A stretch of 64,000 nt of DNA from Planctomycetota bacterium (GCA_045863855.1 BTVV01000010.1:1-64000); one strand, 5' to 3'; positions 1 to 9,974 are shown, counted from the stretch's first letter. Notes: generated by a model not told the origin, from the letters alone. A program made the numbers and translations.

Positions 1-3000
1 CCGCTCCACCGGGCGCGTCGAGGTCCAGCACCGTTCCGTCCCCGAAGTCCCAGTGATAGGTCTCGACCGTGCCGTCGGGATCGAAGGAGCCGATGGCGTT
101 CACCGCCAAGTTTTCGTCCTTGCCGAGCGTGACCGTACCGCTGAGGTTCATGACCGCCGTGGGGCGCTGCACGGCCGGGACGCCGAGGCCCTCGATAGCG
201 ACGCGCTGTTCGGCGCGGATGGCGTTGTCGGTCACGACGACCAGTTCGGCCTCCGCCAGGCCCAGCGCGTCTGGATCGAAGCGGACTTGCACGGTCCGGC
301 TTTCGCCGGGCGCCAGCGGCGCGAGGCTGGGGGCCGAGACGAAACTGAAGGCGTTGGCCGCGCGCGAACCCACGGTATCGCCGCCGGCCGAACCCAGTTG
401 GATGCTGGTGAAAGAGAGTTCCTGTCCGGTGGTGTTCTCGATGGTGACGGTGCGCGCGGCCGAAGCGCCGTCGGCCAAGCCCTGGGCCGGGAATACGACG
501 CTAGTCGGGCGCACGTCGAAGTCGGCGATGACGAGGACGTCGTCGGGATCCTGCGGATCCTGGTAGCGCATCTCGATCCGGTCGCGGCCGGAGCCTTCGA
601 AGATGCCGTTGCCGGGCGTGGGCGGTCCGGGGGCGGTGGGGAAGCCGGTGAGGTTGCGGAATTCCGCGAGTGCGATCGCCGCTTCAAGTAGGCTGATGGT
701 TTCTTCGTCTTCGTTTTCGATGTTGCGAACGGTAACTGAGGTTTGGTCCTCGGCTGTCCCATCTATATTTTCATCGTCTTCAAGCAACGTTATGTAGAAT
801 GGATTGCCAAATGCGAAACTTGTAGGAGTGCCGATACCATCTGTAATTCCAATTGCCTTGGCATTCCTTCGGACCTTTCCGGTCCCGAGTTCGTTGACGG
901 TGCCGGCGTTCTCGTAGAAGTCGGCGAGCCGGGCGTCGAGTTCGCCCCCGTCCTGGATGTTCAACACCCCCGTGGAGGTGCTGATATCGACCCCCGATCC
1001 GTTCCCACTCGTGGTCATGCGCAGTCGGCCGTAAAGGTTGGTGGTCTGGTTCACCCCGCCAAGTTCAAGGCGCTGCTCTACATCCACATCACCCCATATA
1101 TTCACGAGTCTTCCCACACCGGAACCAGCAGTATAAACAATCAGGAAATCGAGAGTCACCGTGCCCGCAGTTGCATAGAGATTCTGAGGGCCGTTCGCCA
1201 CTAAGTTAAGCGATGGTGTACTGCTGATAGACCACTGACCTCCCAGATACTTTAAATCTCCCTGTAAAAATAAATCCTCTGTAATGCTAAATACCCCGCC
1301 CTCGACAATTAAATCGCCTTCGACTTCCCGCTCCCATACCACATTTCCGCCCTGCACACGCAAATCACCCTTCACCACCATCTCGTCGCCGCTGGAGGTT
1401 GAGGTGACCTTCACGGTGCCGCCCGAAATGACAGCATCCCCATAAATGGTGAAATCTTGCCGATCTAGGTTGACCCAACCCGTGTAGCCCGACTCCACTT
1501 TGAACCCCAGCACTTCCATCGGCCCCAGCAAGCGGCAGTGCTTGCTCGACGTACCGTCGAACACCACGTTGTCGAACCGCGTCGGCACCCGGTCCGGATT
1601 CCAATTCGCCGCCGTGTCCCAGTAGTTGTCCGCCCCGCCACCGTCCCAGACCAAGGGTGGACGTATCAAATGGGCCGTTGCCGTATCGTTCGAATCTTCG
1701 GCATCTATATAGGTGGCACGGATATCTTCGCTGCCGTCATATTGAAGAATACCATCGCCCCACGTAGCAGCCCCGGTTCCTATGGGCAAGCCCACAGCGT
1801 TCTGGAATTCCGCTGCGGCGTCAGTGATTTCCTGAATGCTTAATACTTCCCTATCGCCTGTGGCTAAGCTCTCCACAACCACTTCGACGGACTCCGCCAC
1901 ACTTCCGTCCTTATTGCTGTCGTCATCCAGCAGGCTAACAAATACGTCTGTGCCGGCTTCAACTACAGGTACGCCGTCCATATCCGTAAAGCCCATCGCT
2001 CGAACATTCCTTCGGACTTTTCCGGTCCCGAGTTCGTTGACGGTGCCGGCGTTCTCGTAGAAGTCGGCGAGCCGGGCGTCGAGTTCGCCCCCGTCCTGGA
2101 TGTTCAACACCCCCGTGGAGGTGCTGATATCGACCCCCGATCCGTTCCCACTCGTGGTCATGCGCAGTCGGCCGTAAAGGTTGGTGGTCTGGTTCACCCC
2201 GCCAAGTTCAAGGCGCTGCTCTACATCCACATCACCCCATATATTCACGAGTCTTCCCACACCGGAACCAGCAGTATAAACAATCAGGAAATCGAGAGTC
2301 ACCGTGCCCGCAGTTGCATAGAGATTCTGAGGGCCGTTCGCCACTAAGTTAAGCGATGGTGTACTGCTGATAGACCACTGACCTCCCAGATACTTTAAAT
2401 CTCCCTGTAAAAATAAATCCTCTGTAATGCTAAATACCCCGCCCTCGACAATTAAATCGCCTTCGACTTCCCGCTCCCATACCACATTTCCGCCCTGCAC
2501 ACGCAAATCACCCTTCACCACCATCTCGTCGCCGCTGGAGGTTGAGGTGACCTTCACGGTGCCGCCCGAAATGACAGCATCCCCATAAATGGTGAAATCT
2601 TGCCGATCTAGGTTGACCCAACCCGTGTAGCCCGACTCCACTTTGAACCCCAGCACTTCCATCGGCCCCAGCAAGCGGCAGTGCTTGCTCGACGTACCGT
2701 CGAACACCACGTTGTCGAACCGCGTCGGCACCCGGTCCGGATTCCAATTCGCCGCCGTGTCCCAGTAGTTGTCCGCCCCGCCACCGTCCCAGACCAGCAC
2801 CCGCGGAAGCAGGTTGCGGCTGAACACATCCGCCGCGTCTTCGTCGTCTGTGTAGCGCACCTGCACGTCTTCGCCGGAGCTGTACTGCAAGATCCCGTCG
2901 CCGGGGTTGGCCGCTCCTGCGGCGGTGGGCAGGCCGGTCAGGTTGAGGAAAATCTCGGTGGCCGCGCCCGTCTCGGTCAGCGTGAGCGTCTCCGAGTCGC

Positions 3001-3886
3001 CCGTGGTCAAGCTCTGAATGAGCACCGTGGTCGTGTCGGGAGCCGAACCGTCGAGGTTTTCGTCTTCGTCGTTGAGCATGACAAACACGTCATCGCCGTC
3101 TTCGATGAACCACTGCAAGCCGCCCGCGATGTTCGAGAAGAACAGGTCGGCCGCCACGCGCCGAATGCGCCCGCTGCCAGATTCGCTGGCTACTCCCGAG
3201 TTGGTGTAGCTGCTGGCCCCGCGCGCATCGAGGACGCCGCCGTTCAGCACGTTCAGCGTGGCGGCGTTTTCGAAGGCGATGCCGTCGAGCGTCACGGTGC
3301 CGGAGAGGTTGATCGTGTCCCCGGCGGGCAGCGTCCAGGTTCCGCTCAGGCCCAGGCCGCCGAGAATATTCAGCACTTGGCCGCCGCCGGCGGTGGCCAG
3401 CAGATCGAGGCTCATCCCGCCCGGACCGGAATCGAAATCCTGCGCCGCTGCACCTTCGAAGGAGAACGAGGCCGGCGAGACAATCCCTTGCGTGCGCGTG
3501 AAGTGGCCTTTGAAAACGTGCGTCGCCGAACCCCAATCCACTTCACCGCCCGCTTGGGTGAAGTTTCCATTCAGAGTCAGAGCGACGGCGTCGAAGGTCA
3601 GCGTGGCCGTATACGCCGCGTCCATCGTCAGACCGTCCACTTCCACGGCTCCGGTGACCGTGCAGTTCGTCGCCGAAGTGGCGTCGAAGATCACGCGGTC
3701 TGCGGAAGTCGGAAGCGCGTCGCCGGACCAATTGGCGGGCGTGGTCCACAACCCATCGCCCGAGTCGTTGTCCCACGTGACATCCACCGCATGGAGGGTG
3801 GTTCCGGTCAAGCATAGGACAAGCCCAAGGCCGAGCCCCCACGCCCACCCGGCTTTCCACTTGTTACGCCTCATGGATATCGCCAT
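1..3886 (-). CDS. Large secreted/surface repeat protein, 3' end beyond window: signal peptide, three (beta-helix-like WDGGG/ANW module + acidic Ig-like module) units, a choice-of-anchor-D/ASH-like Ig domain, then a PKD domain
   Basis: Manual translation from ATG 3886 (or 3874) is open to position 1. It reads MRRNKWKAGWAWGLGLGLVLCLTGTTLHA-VDVTWDNDSGDGLWTTPANWS...; LVWDGGGADNYWDTAANW occurs twice; DVRPTSVVF...TVTIENT...LAPGESRTVQVRFDP...IEGLG is ASH-like; YHWDFGDG near position 58 is the PKD motif. Missing from the ORF track because it has no stop in the window. Confidence 0.88.
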   Translation of the reverse strand, partial: MAISMRRNKWKAGWAWGLGLGLVLCLTGTTLHAVDVTWDNDSGDGLWTTPANWSGDALPTSADRVIFDATSATNCTVTGAVEVDGLTMDAAYTATLTFDAVALTLNGNFTQAGGEVDWGSATHVFKGHFTRTQGIVSPASFSFEGAAAQDFDSGPGGMSLDLLATAGGGQVLNILGGLGLSGTWTLPAGDTINLSGTVTLDGIAFENAATLNVLNGGVLDARGASSYTNSGVASESGSGRIRRVAADLFFSNIAGGLQWFIEDGDDVFVMLNDEDENLDGSAPDTTTVLIQSLTTGDSETLTLTETGAATEIFLNLTGLPTAAGAANPGDGILQYSSGEDVQVRYTDDEDAADVFSRNLLPRVLVWDGGGADNYWDTAANWNPDRVPTRFDNVVFDGTSSKHCRLLGPMEVLGFKVESGYTGWVNLDRQDFTIYGDAVISGGTVKVTSTSSGDEMVVKGDLRVQGGNVVWEREVEGDLIVEGGVFSITEDLFLQGDLKYLGGQWSISSTPSLNLVANGPQNLYATAGTVTLDFLIVYTAGSGVGRLVNIWGDVDVEQRLELGGVNQTTNLYGRLRMTTSGNGSGVDISTSTGVLNIQDGGELDARLADFYENAGTVNELGTGKVRRNVRAMGFTDMDGVPVVEAGTDVFVSLLDDDSNKDGSVAESVEVVVESLATGDREVLSIQEITDAAAEFQNAVGLPIGTGAATWGDGILQYDGSEDIRATYIDAEDSNDTATAHLIRPPLVWDGGGADNYWDTAANWNPDRVPTRFDNVVFDGTSSKHCRLLGPMEVLGFKVESGYTGWVNLDRQDFTIYGDAVISGGTVKVTSTSSGDEMVVKGDLRVQGGNVVWEREVEGDLIVEGGVFSITEDLFLQGDLKYLGGQWSISSTPSLNLVANGPQNLYATAGTVTLDFLIVYTAGSGVGRLVNIWGDVDVEQRLELGGVNQTTNLYGRLRMTTSGNGSGVDISTSTGVLNIQDGGELDARLADFYENAGTVNELGTGKVRRNAKAIGITDGIGTPTSFAFGNPFYITLLEDDENIDGTAEDQTSVTVRNIENEDEETISLLEAAIALAEFRNLTGFPTAPGPPTPGNGIFEGSGRDRIEMRYQDPQDPDDVLVIADFDVRPTSVVFPAQGLADGASAARTVTIENTTGQELSFTSIQLGSAGGDTVGSRAANAFSFVSAPSLAPLAPGESRTVQVRFDPDALGLAEAELVVVTDNAIRAEQRVAIEGLGVPAVQRPTAVMNLSGTVTLGKDENLAVNAIGSFDPDGTVETYHWDFGDGTVLDLDAPGGA
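862..1653. repeat. Intragenic direct repeat, copy 1 (792 bp)
   Basis: Matches 2005-2796 at an offset of 1143 bp (381 codons). By eye only one mismatch, synonymous (AAG/AAA Lys). Confidence 0.95.
2005..2796. repeat. Intragenic direct repeat, copy 2 (792 bp)
   Basis: Near-identical to 862-1653. The ORF track shows the same 79-aa shadow ORF twice (1365..1604 and 2508..2747). Confidence 0.95.
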
Positions 3887-4167
3887 TTCCACTCTTAAAA
3901 GGGGCCCTGCTGCACTTATGGATAGCTTACGGAAGCACGAACCTAAAACAACTCTTAAGAGCTCGATTGGAGCCATACCGGAACAATTGAAATTGCACGT
4001 GAGCACCGCCTCCGTGCGGATTCGCATACGGAGCCCTGCTTCGCACTTAAGGATCAGTAAAGAATCTCGATGCGGCCGGCGGAGCAATCGCGCCTCGTTC
4101 GATTGACACTCGCTGCCGCCAACTCCACAATCCTCATCTCGGTTTGTATGGATCGAAAGGGCGCGCT

Positions 4168-5361
4168 ATGGATTTCCTGCAAGGCATCACGGTGCTGGAC
4201 TTCACCCATGTGCTGGCCGGGCCGTATTGCACAATGATGCTGGCCGATTACGGGGCGGATGTGATCAAGATCGAACGCCCCGGAGTCGGGGACGATACGC
4301 GCGCTTGGGGGCCGCCGTTCGCAGGGGGCGAAAGCTGCTATTTCATGTCGGTGAACCGCAACAAGCGCAGCTTGGCGCTGGATCTCAAATCGGCCGAAGG
4401 CAAAACCATCGTTCGTAAGCTGGCTCAGCAATGCGATGTGGTGATCGAGAACTTTTCGCCGGGGACCATGCAGCGGCTGGGCTTCGCGTACGAGGACATC
4501 AAGTCGCTGAACCCGCGCGCGATTTACGCTTCGCTGAGCGGCTACGGGCAGACGGGCCCGGACCGCGACCTGCCGGGCTTCGACGTAGTGATCCAGGCCC
4601 GCGGCGGCATGATGAGCCTGACCGGTCCTGCGCAGGGCGAGCCGTCGATCACGGGCATCTCGATCGTGGATATCTTCGCGGGCTTGCACGCGCTTTCGGG
4701 CATTCTGGCGGCGCTGCACGGGCGCGAACTATCCGGACACGGCTGCTACCTCGACATCAGCCTGCTCGACAGTCAGGTGAATATCCTGACGCACCAGGCC
4801 ACGAGCTACCTGATGACCGGGCGCGTGCCGTCGCGGCGCGGGAACAGCCACAACAATATCGTTCCGTATCAGACCTTTAAAACAAAGACATGCCACATCA
4901 ACGTCGCCGCGGGAAACGATAAGCTGTACCGGAATTTCTGTTCGGCCTTGGGGCGGGCCGATCTGGCCGACGATCCGCGCTTCGCGACCAATGGGAAGCG
5001 CGTCGAGAATCGGACTATTTTGTGCCCTATTCTGGAAGGAATATTGGCCGAGCTTGACGGGCGGGAACTGGTCGCTCGGCTTAGCGCCGCGCACGTGCCT
5101 GCCGCGGTGGTGCAGGATATGAAAGCCGTCTTCGACGATCCTCAGGTGCAAGCGCGGCAAGCGGTGGCCGAGATGGCGCACCCTACGGCCGGCGCCTTGC
5201 GCGTTCCGCATGCGGCCGGATTCGTGGACGGCCAGAAGCCGAAGCTGCGCCGGCCGCCGCCGCTCTTGGGCGAGCACACGGCCGAGTTGCTCAAAGAAAA
5301 GTTGGGCTTCGACGACGCGAAGATCGCGGCGTTGCGGGAGGCGAAGGCGATCGGTGGGTAA
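4168..5361 (+). CDS. Family III CoA-transferase (CaiB/BaiF; formyl-CoA/succinyl-CoA transferase-like)
   Basis: LQGITVLDFTHVLAGPYCTMMLADYGADVIKIE, NRNKRSLALDLK, ENFSPG, catalytic-Asp region SIVDIFAG, and C-terminal PPLLGEHT. Confidence 0.95.
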   Translation: MDFLQGITVLDFTHVLAGPYCTMMLADYGADVIKIERPGVGDDTRAWGPPFAGGESCYFMSVNRNKRSLALDLKSAEGKTIVRKLAQQCDVVIENFSPGTMQRLGFAYEDIKSLNPRAIYASLSGYGQTGPDRDLPGFDVVIQARGGMMSLTGPAQGEPSITGISIVDIFAGLHALSGILAALHGRELSGHGCYLDISLLDSQVNILTHQATSYLMTGRVPSRRGNSHNNIVPYQTFKTKTCHINVAAGNDKLYRNFCSALGRADLADDPRFATNGKRVENRTILCPILEGILAELDGRELVARLSAAHVPAAVVQDMKAVFDDPQVQARQAVAEMAHPTAGALRVPHAAGFVDGQKPKLRRPPPLLGEHTAELLKEKLGFDDAKIAALREAKAIGG

Positions 5362-5409
5362 TGACTAACGGAAAACGGTAACCGCCAAGGTTAAAGTCAC
5401 GGCGCTGCA

Positions 5410-6480
5410 TCATCCGCGCAACCAGGTATCGAGGTGCTCTTTCACAAAGGCGTCGTCGTTAAGGTGCGGGTAGCTCCGGTACATCCGGTCGATCTCTTCG
5501 CTCTGTCCGGGCGAGAGGACTTCGTGCGGATTGAGGCACCAGGTTCCGGCGAGCAAGCCTTGCCGCCGCAGGACTTCGTGGATGCCCGGCAGGCAACCGG
5601 CGAAATCGTGCGCGGGATCGAAGAACGCCGCGTTGGTGTCGGTCACTTCCATGGCCAGCGTGAGCAGTTCCTGCGGAATCGGCGCGTTCGCGCGAACGGC
5701 TTCGTGGCAGCGCGCGAGCTGTTCGACGGCGCGCTTGGTCCAGACGCACCAATGCCCCAGCAGGCCGCCGGCGATGCGCACGCGCGCTTCGCACCCCGAC
5801 GAAGTGACCACCCGAAATTCGCTCAGCAGATCGACGATGATATTGTCGTCGTTGCCCGTATAGAGCGTGATCTCCTTCTCGCGCCCGGCTTCGCAGACGC
5901 CGCGGACGACATCCAGCGTGCGGTAGCGGTTGAACGGCGCGATCTTGATCGCCAGCACGTTCTCGATCTCGGCGAATTGACGCCAGAATTCGTACGGCAA
6001 ATTCCGTCCGCCGACGGCCGGCTGGAGATAAAAGCCGATCAGCGGAATCGCCTTCGAGACTTCGCGGCAATGCTTCACGATGGCGGGCAGGTCTTCCTTC
6101 TTAAGCGCCGCCAGACTGAGCAGCCCCGCGTGATAGCCGGTCTTGACCGCGTACTCGGCTTCCTTCAGCGCTTGCGCCGTCGCGCCGCAGACGCCGGCCA
6201 CTTTGAGGATCGAGACGCCGCGTTTCTTGCACCAGTCGTCCGCCGTCTCGCTCGCGATGCGCAGGACGGGTTCGAAGAGCGCGTGCTGCGGCTCGCGGAT
6301 CTCGAACTGCGTGCTGTGTACGCCCACCGCCAGCCCGCCGGAACCGGCGTCGATGTAGTAGCGTGTCAGCGCGCGCTGGCGGCGTTCGTCGAGCTTGCGC
6401 TCCGAGGTGAGCGCCAGGGGGTTCGCGGGAATCACCATCCCGGCGCGGACGCGGGCGCGAAGTTCGGCGTTGAGGGACAT
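5410..6480 (-). CDS. Dihydrodipicolinate synthase/N-acetylneuraminate lyase family aldolase
   Basis: VIPANPLAL, GLAVGVHSTQF, FYLQPAVGG, Schiff-base Lys region AIKIAPFNRY, YTGNDD. ggagg SD-like sequence upstream. Confidence 0.85.
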   Translation of the reverse strand: MSLNAELRARVRAGMVIPANPLALTSERKLDERRQRALTRYYIDAGSGGLAVGVHSTQFEIREPQHALFEPVLRIASETADDWCKKRGVSILKVAGVCGATAQALKEAEYAVKTGYHAGLLSLAALKKEDLPAIVKHCREVSKAIPLIGFYLQPAVGGRNLPYEFWRQFAEIENVLAIKIAPFNRYRTLDVVRGVCEAGREKEITLYTGNDDNIIVDLLSEFRVVTSSGCEARVRIAGGLLGHWCVWTKRAVEQLARCHEAVRANAPIPQELLTLAMEVTDTNAAFFDPAHDFAGCLPGIHEVLRRQGLLAGTWCLNPHEVLSPGQSEEIDRMYRSYPHLNDDAFVKEHLDTWLRG

Positions 6481-6529
6481 GGAGGCCTCCGTAGCGTTGC
6501 GTACGATCCTTGGTCCTGAAAATGCAGTG

Positions 6530-6646
6530 GTAAAGAGTAAAAAGTGAAGAGTAAAAAGAAAGAGGGCCTGTCCCAGGAGAGCGTACTCGGCTGCGCTCGG
6601 GCTTGGACCGCCTCGGTTGCTTTTACATTTACCTTTTACTCTTGCC
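6530..6646. repeat. Imperfect inverted repeat built from 7-bp-period GTAAAAA-like units
   Basis: Left arm gtaaaga-gtaaaaa-gtgaaga-gtaaaaa-g (6530-6558); right arm cttttac-atttac-cttttac-tcttgcc (6620-6646). Intergenic between co-oriented genes. Confidence 0.6.
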
Positions 6647-6688
6647 CTCCGGCGCTCTTGCTTGTCATTTCAGGCGCAAAACCTTCCG

Positions 6689-7723
6689 CTAAAACTTTCC
6701 GTCGCGTACTTCGAAGTGGCTCGGCTTGCCGATGTCGCGCCCGCCGTGGCGAATCCAGTCGGCGGTCCATTCCAGCATCGTTAGCAACGAAACGCGCGGG
6801 TAGCCCAGGAGCTTCGTGGCCTTGGCGCTGTTGCTGAGCAGCGCGTGCTCGGCTTCCTTGCCCACGATCTTGGCTTCCTTGCCCAGCAACCGGCCCAGAT
6901 TCTGCGCGGCCCAGCGCACGCTCAGCGTCTCAGGCCCGGTCACGTTCAGGAGGTTGGGCGGCGTGCCGCAATGGCTCAAGGCCAGCAGCGCCTGCGTGTT
7001 CGCGTCGCCCTGCCAGATCACGTTGGCATGGCCCATCGTCACGTCGACGGGCTGCTCCTTCCAGACCTGTTTGCCGATCTCGTACAGCACGCCGTAGCGC
7101 ATGTCGATGGCGTAGTTGAGCCGGAAGATGGCCAGCGGCGTGCCGTGGCGCGCGGCGTGGTAGGAGAAGATCTTTTCGCGGCCCAGCGCCGATTGCGCGT
7201 ACTCGCCCACCGGCGCGACGGGCGTCTCTTCGGTCGCGCCGCCGCTGACGACCGGTGTGAGCGGGTAGACGTTCCCGGTACTGAAGACCACGATGCGGCT
7301 CTTCGTGAAATGCTCGGCGACGTTGTTGGGCACCAGCGTGTTCATGGCCCACGTGAGCGCGCTGTCGCCGCTGGTTCCGAACTTGCGCCCGGCCATGTAA
7401 AGCACGTTCGCGCAGCGCGGCAGATCGGCAACGGCGGCTCGGTCGAGCAGATCGCAGGAGATGGTCTCGAGGCCCACGGCTTCGAGCTTCTTGCGCGCCG
7501 ACTCGTCGCTGAAGCGGCTGACGCCGATGACTTTCTTCTTCACGCCTGCTTCGCGGATCGCGCGGACGGCCTGGCGGCCGAGCGTCACGCCCATCTTGCC
7601 GCCGATGCCCAGGACGATCAGGTCGCCGTCCAGCGATTTCATCTGCTCCACCAGCGCCGGGCTGGGCAGGGACATCACGTCTTCGAGATGCTCTTCGTCG
7701 CGAAAGCGGTCGGGCAGGTTCAT
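6689..7723 (-). CDS. NAD-dependent epimerase/dehydratase (extended SDR)
   Basis: Rossmann motif LGIGGKMG, AGRKFG, FSTGNVY, PVGEYAQS, FRLNYA. Start taken at MNLPDR (7723). Confidence 0.88.
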   Translation of the reverse strand: MNLPDRFRDEEHLEDVMSLPSPALVEQMKSLDGDLIVLGIGGKMGVTLGRQAVRAIREAGVKKKVIGVSRFSDESARKKLEAVGLETISCDLLDRAAVADLPRCANVLYMAGRKFGTSGDSALTWAMNTLVPNNVAEHFTKSRIVVFSTGNVYPLTPVVSGGATEETPVAPVGEYAQSALGREKIFSYHAARHGTPLAIFRLNYAIDMRYGVLYEIGKQVWKEQPVDVTMGHANVIWQGDANTQALLALSHCGTPPNLLNVTGPETLSVRWAAQNLGRLLGKEAKIVGKEAEHALLSNSAKATKLLGYPRVSLLTMLEWTADWIRHGGRDIGKPSHFEVRDGKF

Positions 7724-7735
7724 GGCGGGCTCCGG

Positions 7736-7774
7736 TCTGTAACAGTAAATAAAATCTACGTTACTTGTTACAGA
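7736..7774. promoter_or_regulatory. Candidate operator: inverted repeat TCTGTAACA-N21-TGTTACAGA
   Basis: Perfect 9-bp arms extended by GTAA/TTAC. AT-rich, 12 bp upstream of the epimerase start, in the divergent region with typA. Confidence 0.45.
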
Positions 7775-8019
7775 GCTTAGCACTCCTTGCGCCGCTTGGC
7801 TAGAGGTCAGTTTCGATTTTTTTGTTTGGGAGGTATTAGGATTGGGTAAGCTCCCTCTAGTATTTGAGAACTTCTAAAGGTAGGATGTTGGCCTCTTAAG
7901 CGGGTTGCGCGTTCGCGCGCCCACGGCATCCCCCGGACAATGCTGGACGGGTTGGAGCCGACGCGGTGAGCTGCACACGTGCGCCCGCGCCGGATACGCG
8001 TAATGGACAGGAAACGGTC

Positions 8020-9870
8020 ATGAGCACGCCCACCACGATTCGCAACGAGAAGCTGCGTAACATCGCGATCATTGCCCACGTCGACCACGGCAAAACGACG
8101 CTCGTCGATCACCTCCTGCGCCAAGCCGGGACCTTCCGCTCGAACCAGGAAGTCACCGACTGCGTGATGGACAGCAACGACTTGGAGCGCGAGCGCGGGA
8201 TCACGATCCTGGCCAAGAACTGCGCGCTGACGTACATGGGCGTGAAGATCAACATCATCGATACGCCCGGCCACGCCGACTTCGGCGGCGAGGTGGAACG
8301 CGTCTTGAAGATGGCCGACGGCTGCCTCTTGCTGGTGGATGCCGCGGAAGGCGTGCTGCCGCAGACGAAGTTCGTATTGCGCAAGGCGTTCATGCACGGG
8401 CTGCGGCCGATCGTTGTCGTGAACAAGATCGACCGTTCCGACGCGCGCCCGATGGAGGTGCTGGACCAGATCTTCGACCTGTTCATCGAACTGGGCGCCA
8501 ACAACGAGCAGCTCGACTTCCCTTTCATCTTCGCCGCGGGCCGCATGGGCTTCGCCAAGCGCAAGCTGGAGGACGAAAGCACCGACCTGCGCCCGCTCTT
8601 CGACCTGATCCTGCAGCACGTGCCGGGCCCGGAAGGCGATCCGGCCAAGCCGATGCGCATGCGGGTGAGCAACATCGACTACAACGATTACGTCGGACGC
8701 ATTGCGGTCGGGCGCATCTTCGAAGGCGCGATCAAGCGCGGCCAGACCTACACGTACCTCGCCGCCGACGGCAAGCGCACCAAGGAACGCGTGGTGAGCA
8801 TGCAGGTCTTCGACGGGCTGGGGCGCAAGGATGTGGAATCGGCCGTCGCCGGCGAGATCGTGGCGCTGGCGGGCTTCCCCGAGGTCGGCATCGGCGACTC
8901 GCTCTTCGAAGGCGATAACGTCGAGCCGCTCCCGCCGGTGCCCATCGACGAACCCACGTTAACGATGGTCTTCACGTCCACCGACAGCCCCTTCAGCGGG
9001 CGCGAAGGAAAGTACGTGACCAGCCGGCAGCTCCAGGCGCGCCTCGAAAAGGAAAGCATGCGCAACGTCGCCATGCGGATCGAACAGACGCTTCCCGACA
9101 CCTTCGTCGTCGCGGGCCGCGGCTTGCTGCATCTGGGCGTCCTGATCGAGACGATGCGGCGCGAAGGCTTCGAAGTGCAGGTCGGCAAGCCGCACGTGGT
9201 CATCAAGCAGATCGACGGGCGGGCGTACGAACCGTACGAGACGGTCGCGGTGGACGTGCCGGAAGCGGTGATGGGAAAGGTGATGGAGCTGCTGGGCGCG
9301 CGGCAGTGCGTGCTGGAGATGATGTCGCAGCGCGAAGGGCAGGCGCACCTCGAATTCGTCGGCCCTAGCCGCGGCCTGATCGGCCTGCGCAGCCGCCTCC
9401 TTTCGGCGACCAAGGGCGAGGCGGTGCTGCACCACAGCTTCCGCGAATTCCGGCCCATGGCCGGCGACCTGCCCGTGCGCAGCTACGGCGTGCTCGTGGC
9501 CAGCGACACCGGGCGCACCACCTCGTACGCGCTGATGAACTTGCAGGACCGCGGCGAGTTCTTCGTCAGCCCCGGCGAAGAGGTTTACATGGGCCAGTTG
9601 GTCGGCGAGACCGGCGGCGACAAGGACATCGCGGTGAACGTGACGAAGGAAAAGCACCTCACCAATATCCGCAGCGCCAACAAGGAAGCCACCGATAAGC
9701 TCAAATCGCCGATCCGCTTCAGCCTCGAAGAAGCGCTGGAGTACATCGAAGAGGACGAACTGGTCGAAGTGACGCCCAAGTCGATCCGGTTGCGCAAGCG
9801 CCTGTTGAACGAGAAAGACCGTCTGCGCGGCCAGCGCGGACGCGCTCAGCCCGCCGGCGCGAAGGTGTAA
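8020..9870 (+). CDS. typA: Translational GTPase TypA/BipA
   Basis: RNIAIIAHVDHGKTT, ERERGITILAK, DTPGHADFGGEVER, NKID, GRGLLHL, EVTPKSIRLRK. Confidence 0.98.
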   Translation: MSTPTTIRNEKLRNIAIIAHVDHGKTTLVDHLLRQAGTFRSNQEVTDCVMDSNDLERERGITILAKNCALTYMGVKINIIDTPGHADFGGEVERVLKMADGCLLLVDAAEGVLPQTKFVLRKAFMHGLRPIVVVNKIDRSDARPMEVLDQIFDLFIELGANNEQLDFPFIFAAGRMGFAKRKLEDESTDLRPLFDLILQHVPGPEGDPAKPMRMRVSNIDYNDYVGRIAVGRIFEGAIKRGQTYTYLAADGKRTKERVVSMQVFDGLGRKDVESAVAGEIVALAGFPEVGIGDSLFEGDNVEPLPPVPIDEPTLTMVFTSTDSPFSGREGKYVTSRQLQARLEKESMRNVAMRIEQTLPDTFVVAGRGLLHLGVLIETMRREGFEVQVGKPHVVIKQIDGRAYEPYETVAVDVPEAVMGKVMELLGARQCVLEMMSQREGQAHLEFVGPSRGLIGLRSRLLSATKGEAVLHHSFREFRPMAGDLPVRSYGVLVASDTGRTTSYALMNLQDRGEFFVSPGEEVYMGQLVGETGGDKDIAVNVTKEKHLTNIRSANKEATDKLKSPIRFSLEEALEYIEEDELVEVTPKSIRLRKRLLNEKDRLRGQRGRAQPAGAKV

Positions 9871-9974
9871 CGAAAGCCACTGTCCGCATCGCAAGGTTGG
9901 GCTTCGCCGCCGGCGCGCAGACCCGGGCGCGTTTTCTTCAGGCTTGGTTTCACGCCTTACGCGGTACGGCTCGC

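Noticed and set aside
862..2796. Diversity-generating retroelement TR/VR pair
   Set aside because: The repeat is 792 bp, both copies are in frame in one gene, only one synonymous difference was seen, and there is no reverse transcriptase in the window.
53..4106. Plus-strand ORFs 53..691, 2681..3817, 3258..4106 and similar
   Set aside because: Antisense shadows of the large minus-strand gene; no recognisable motifs.
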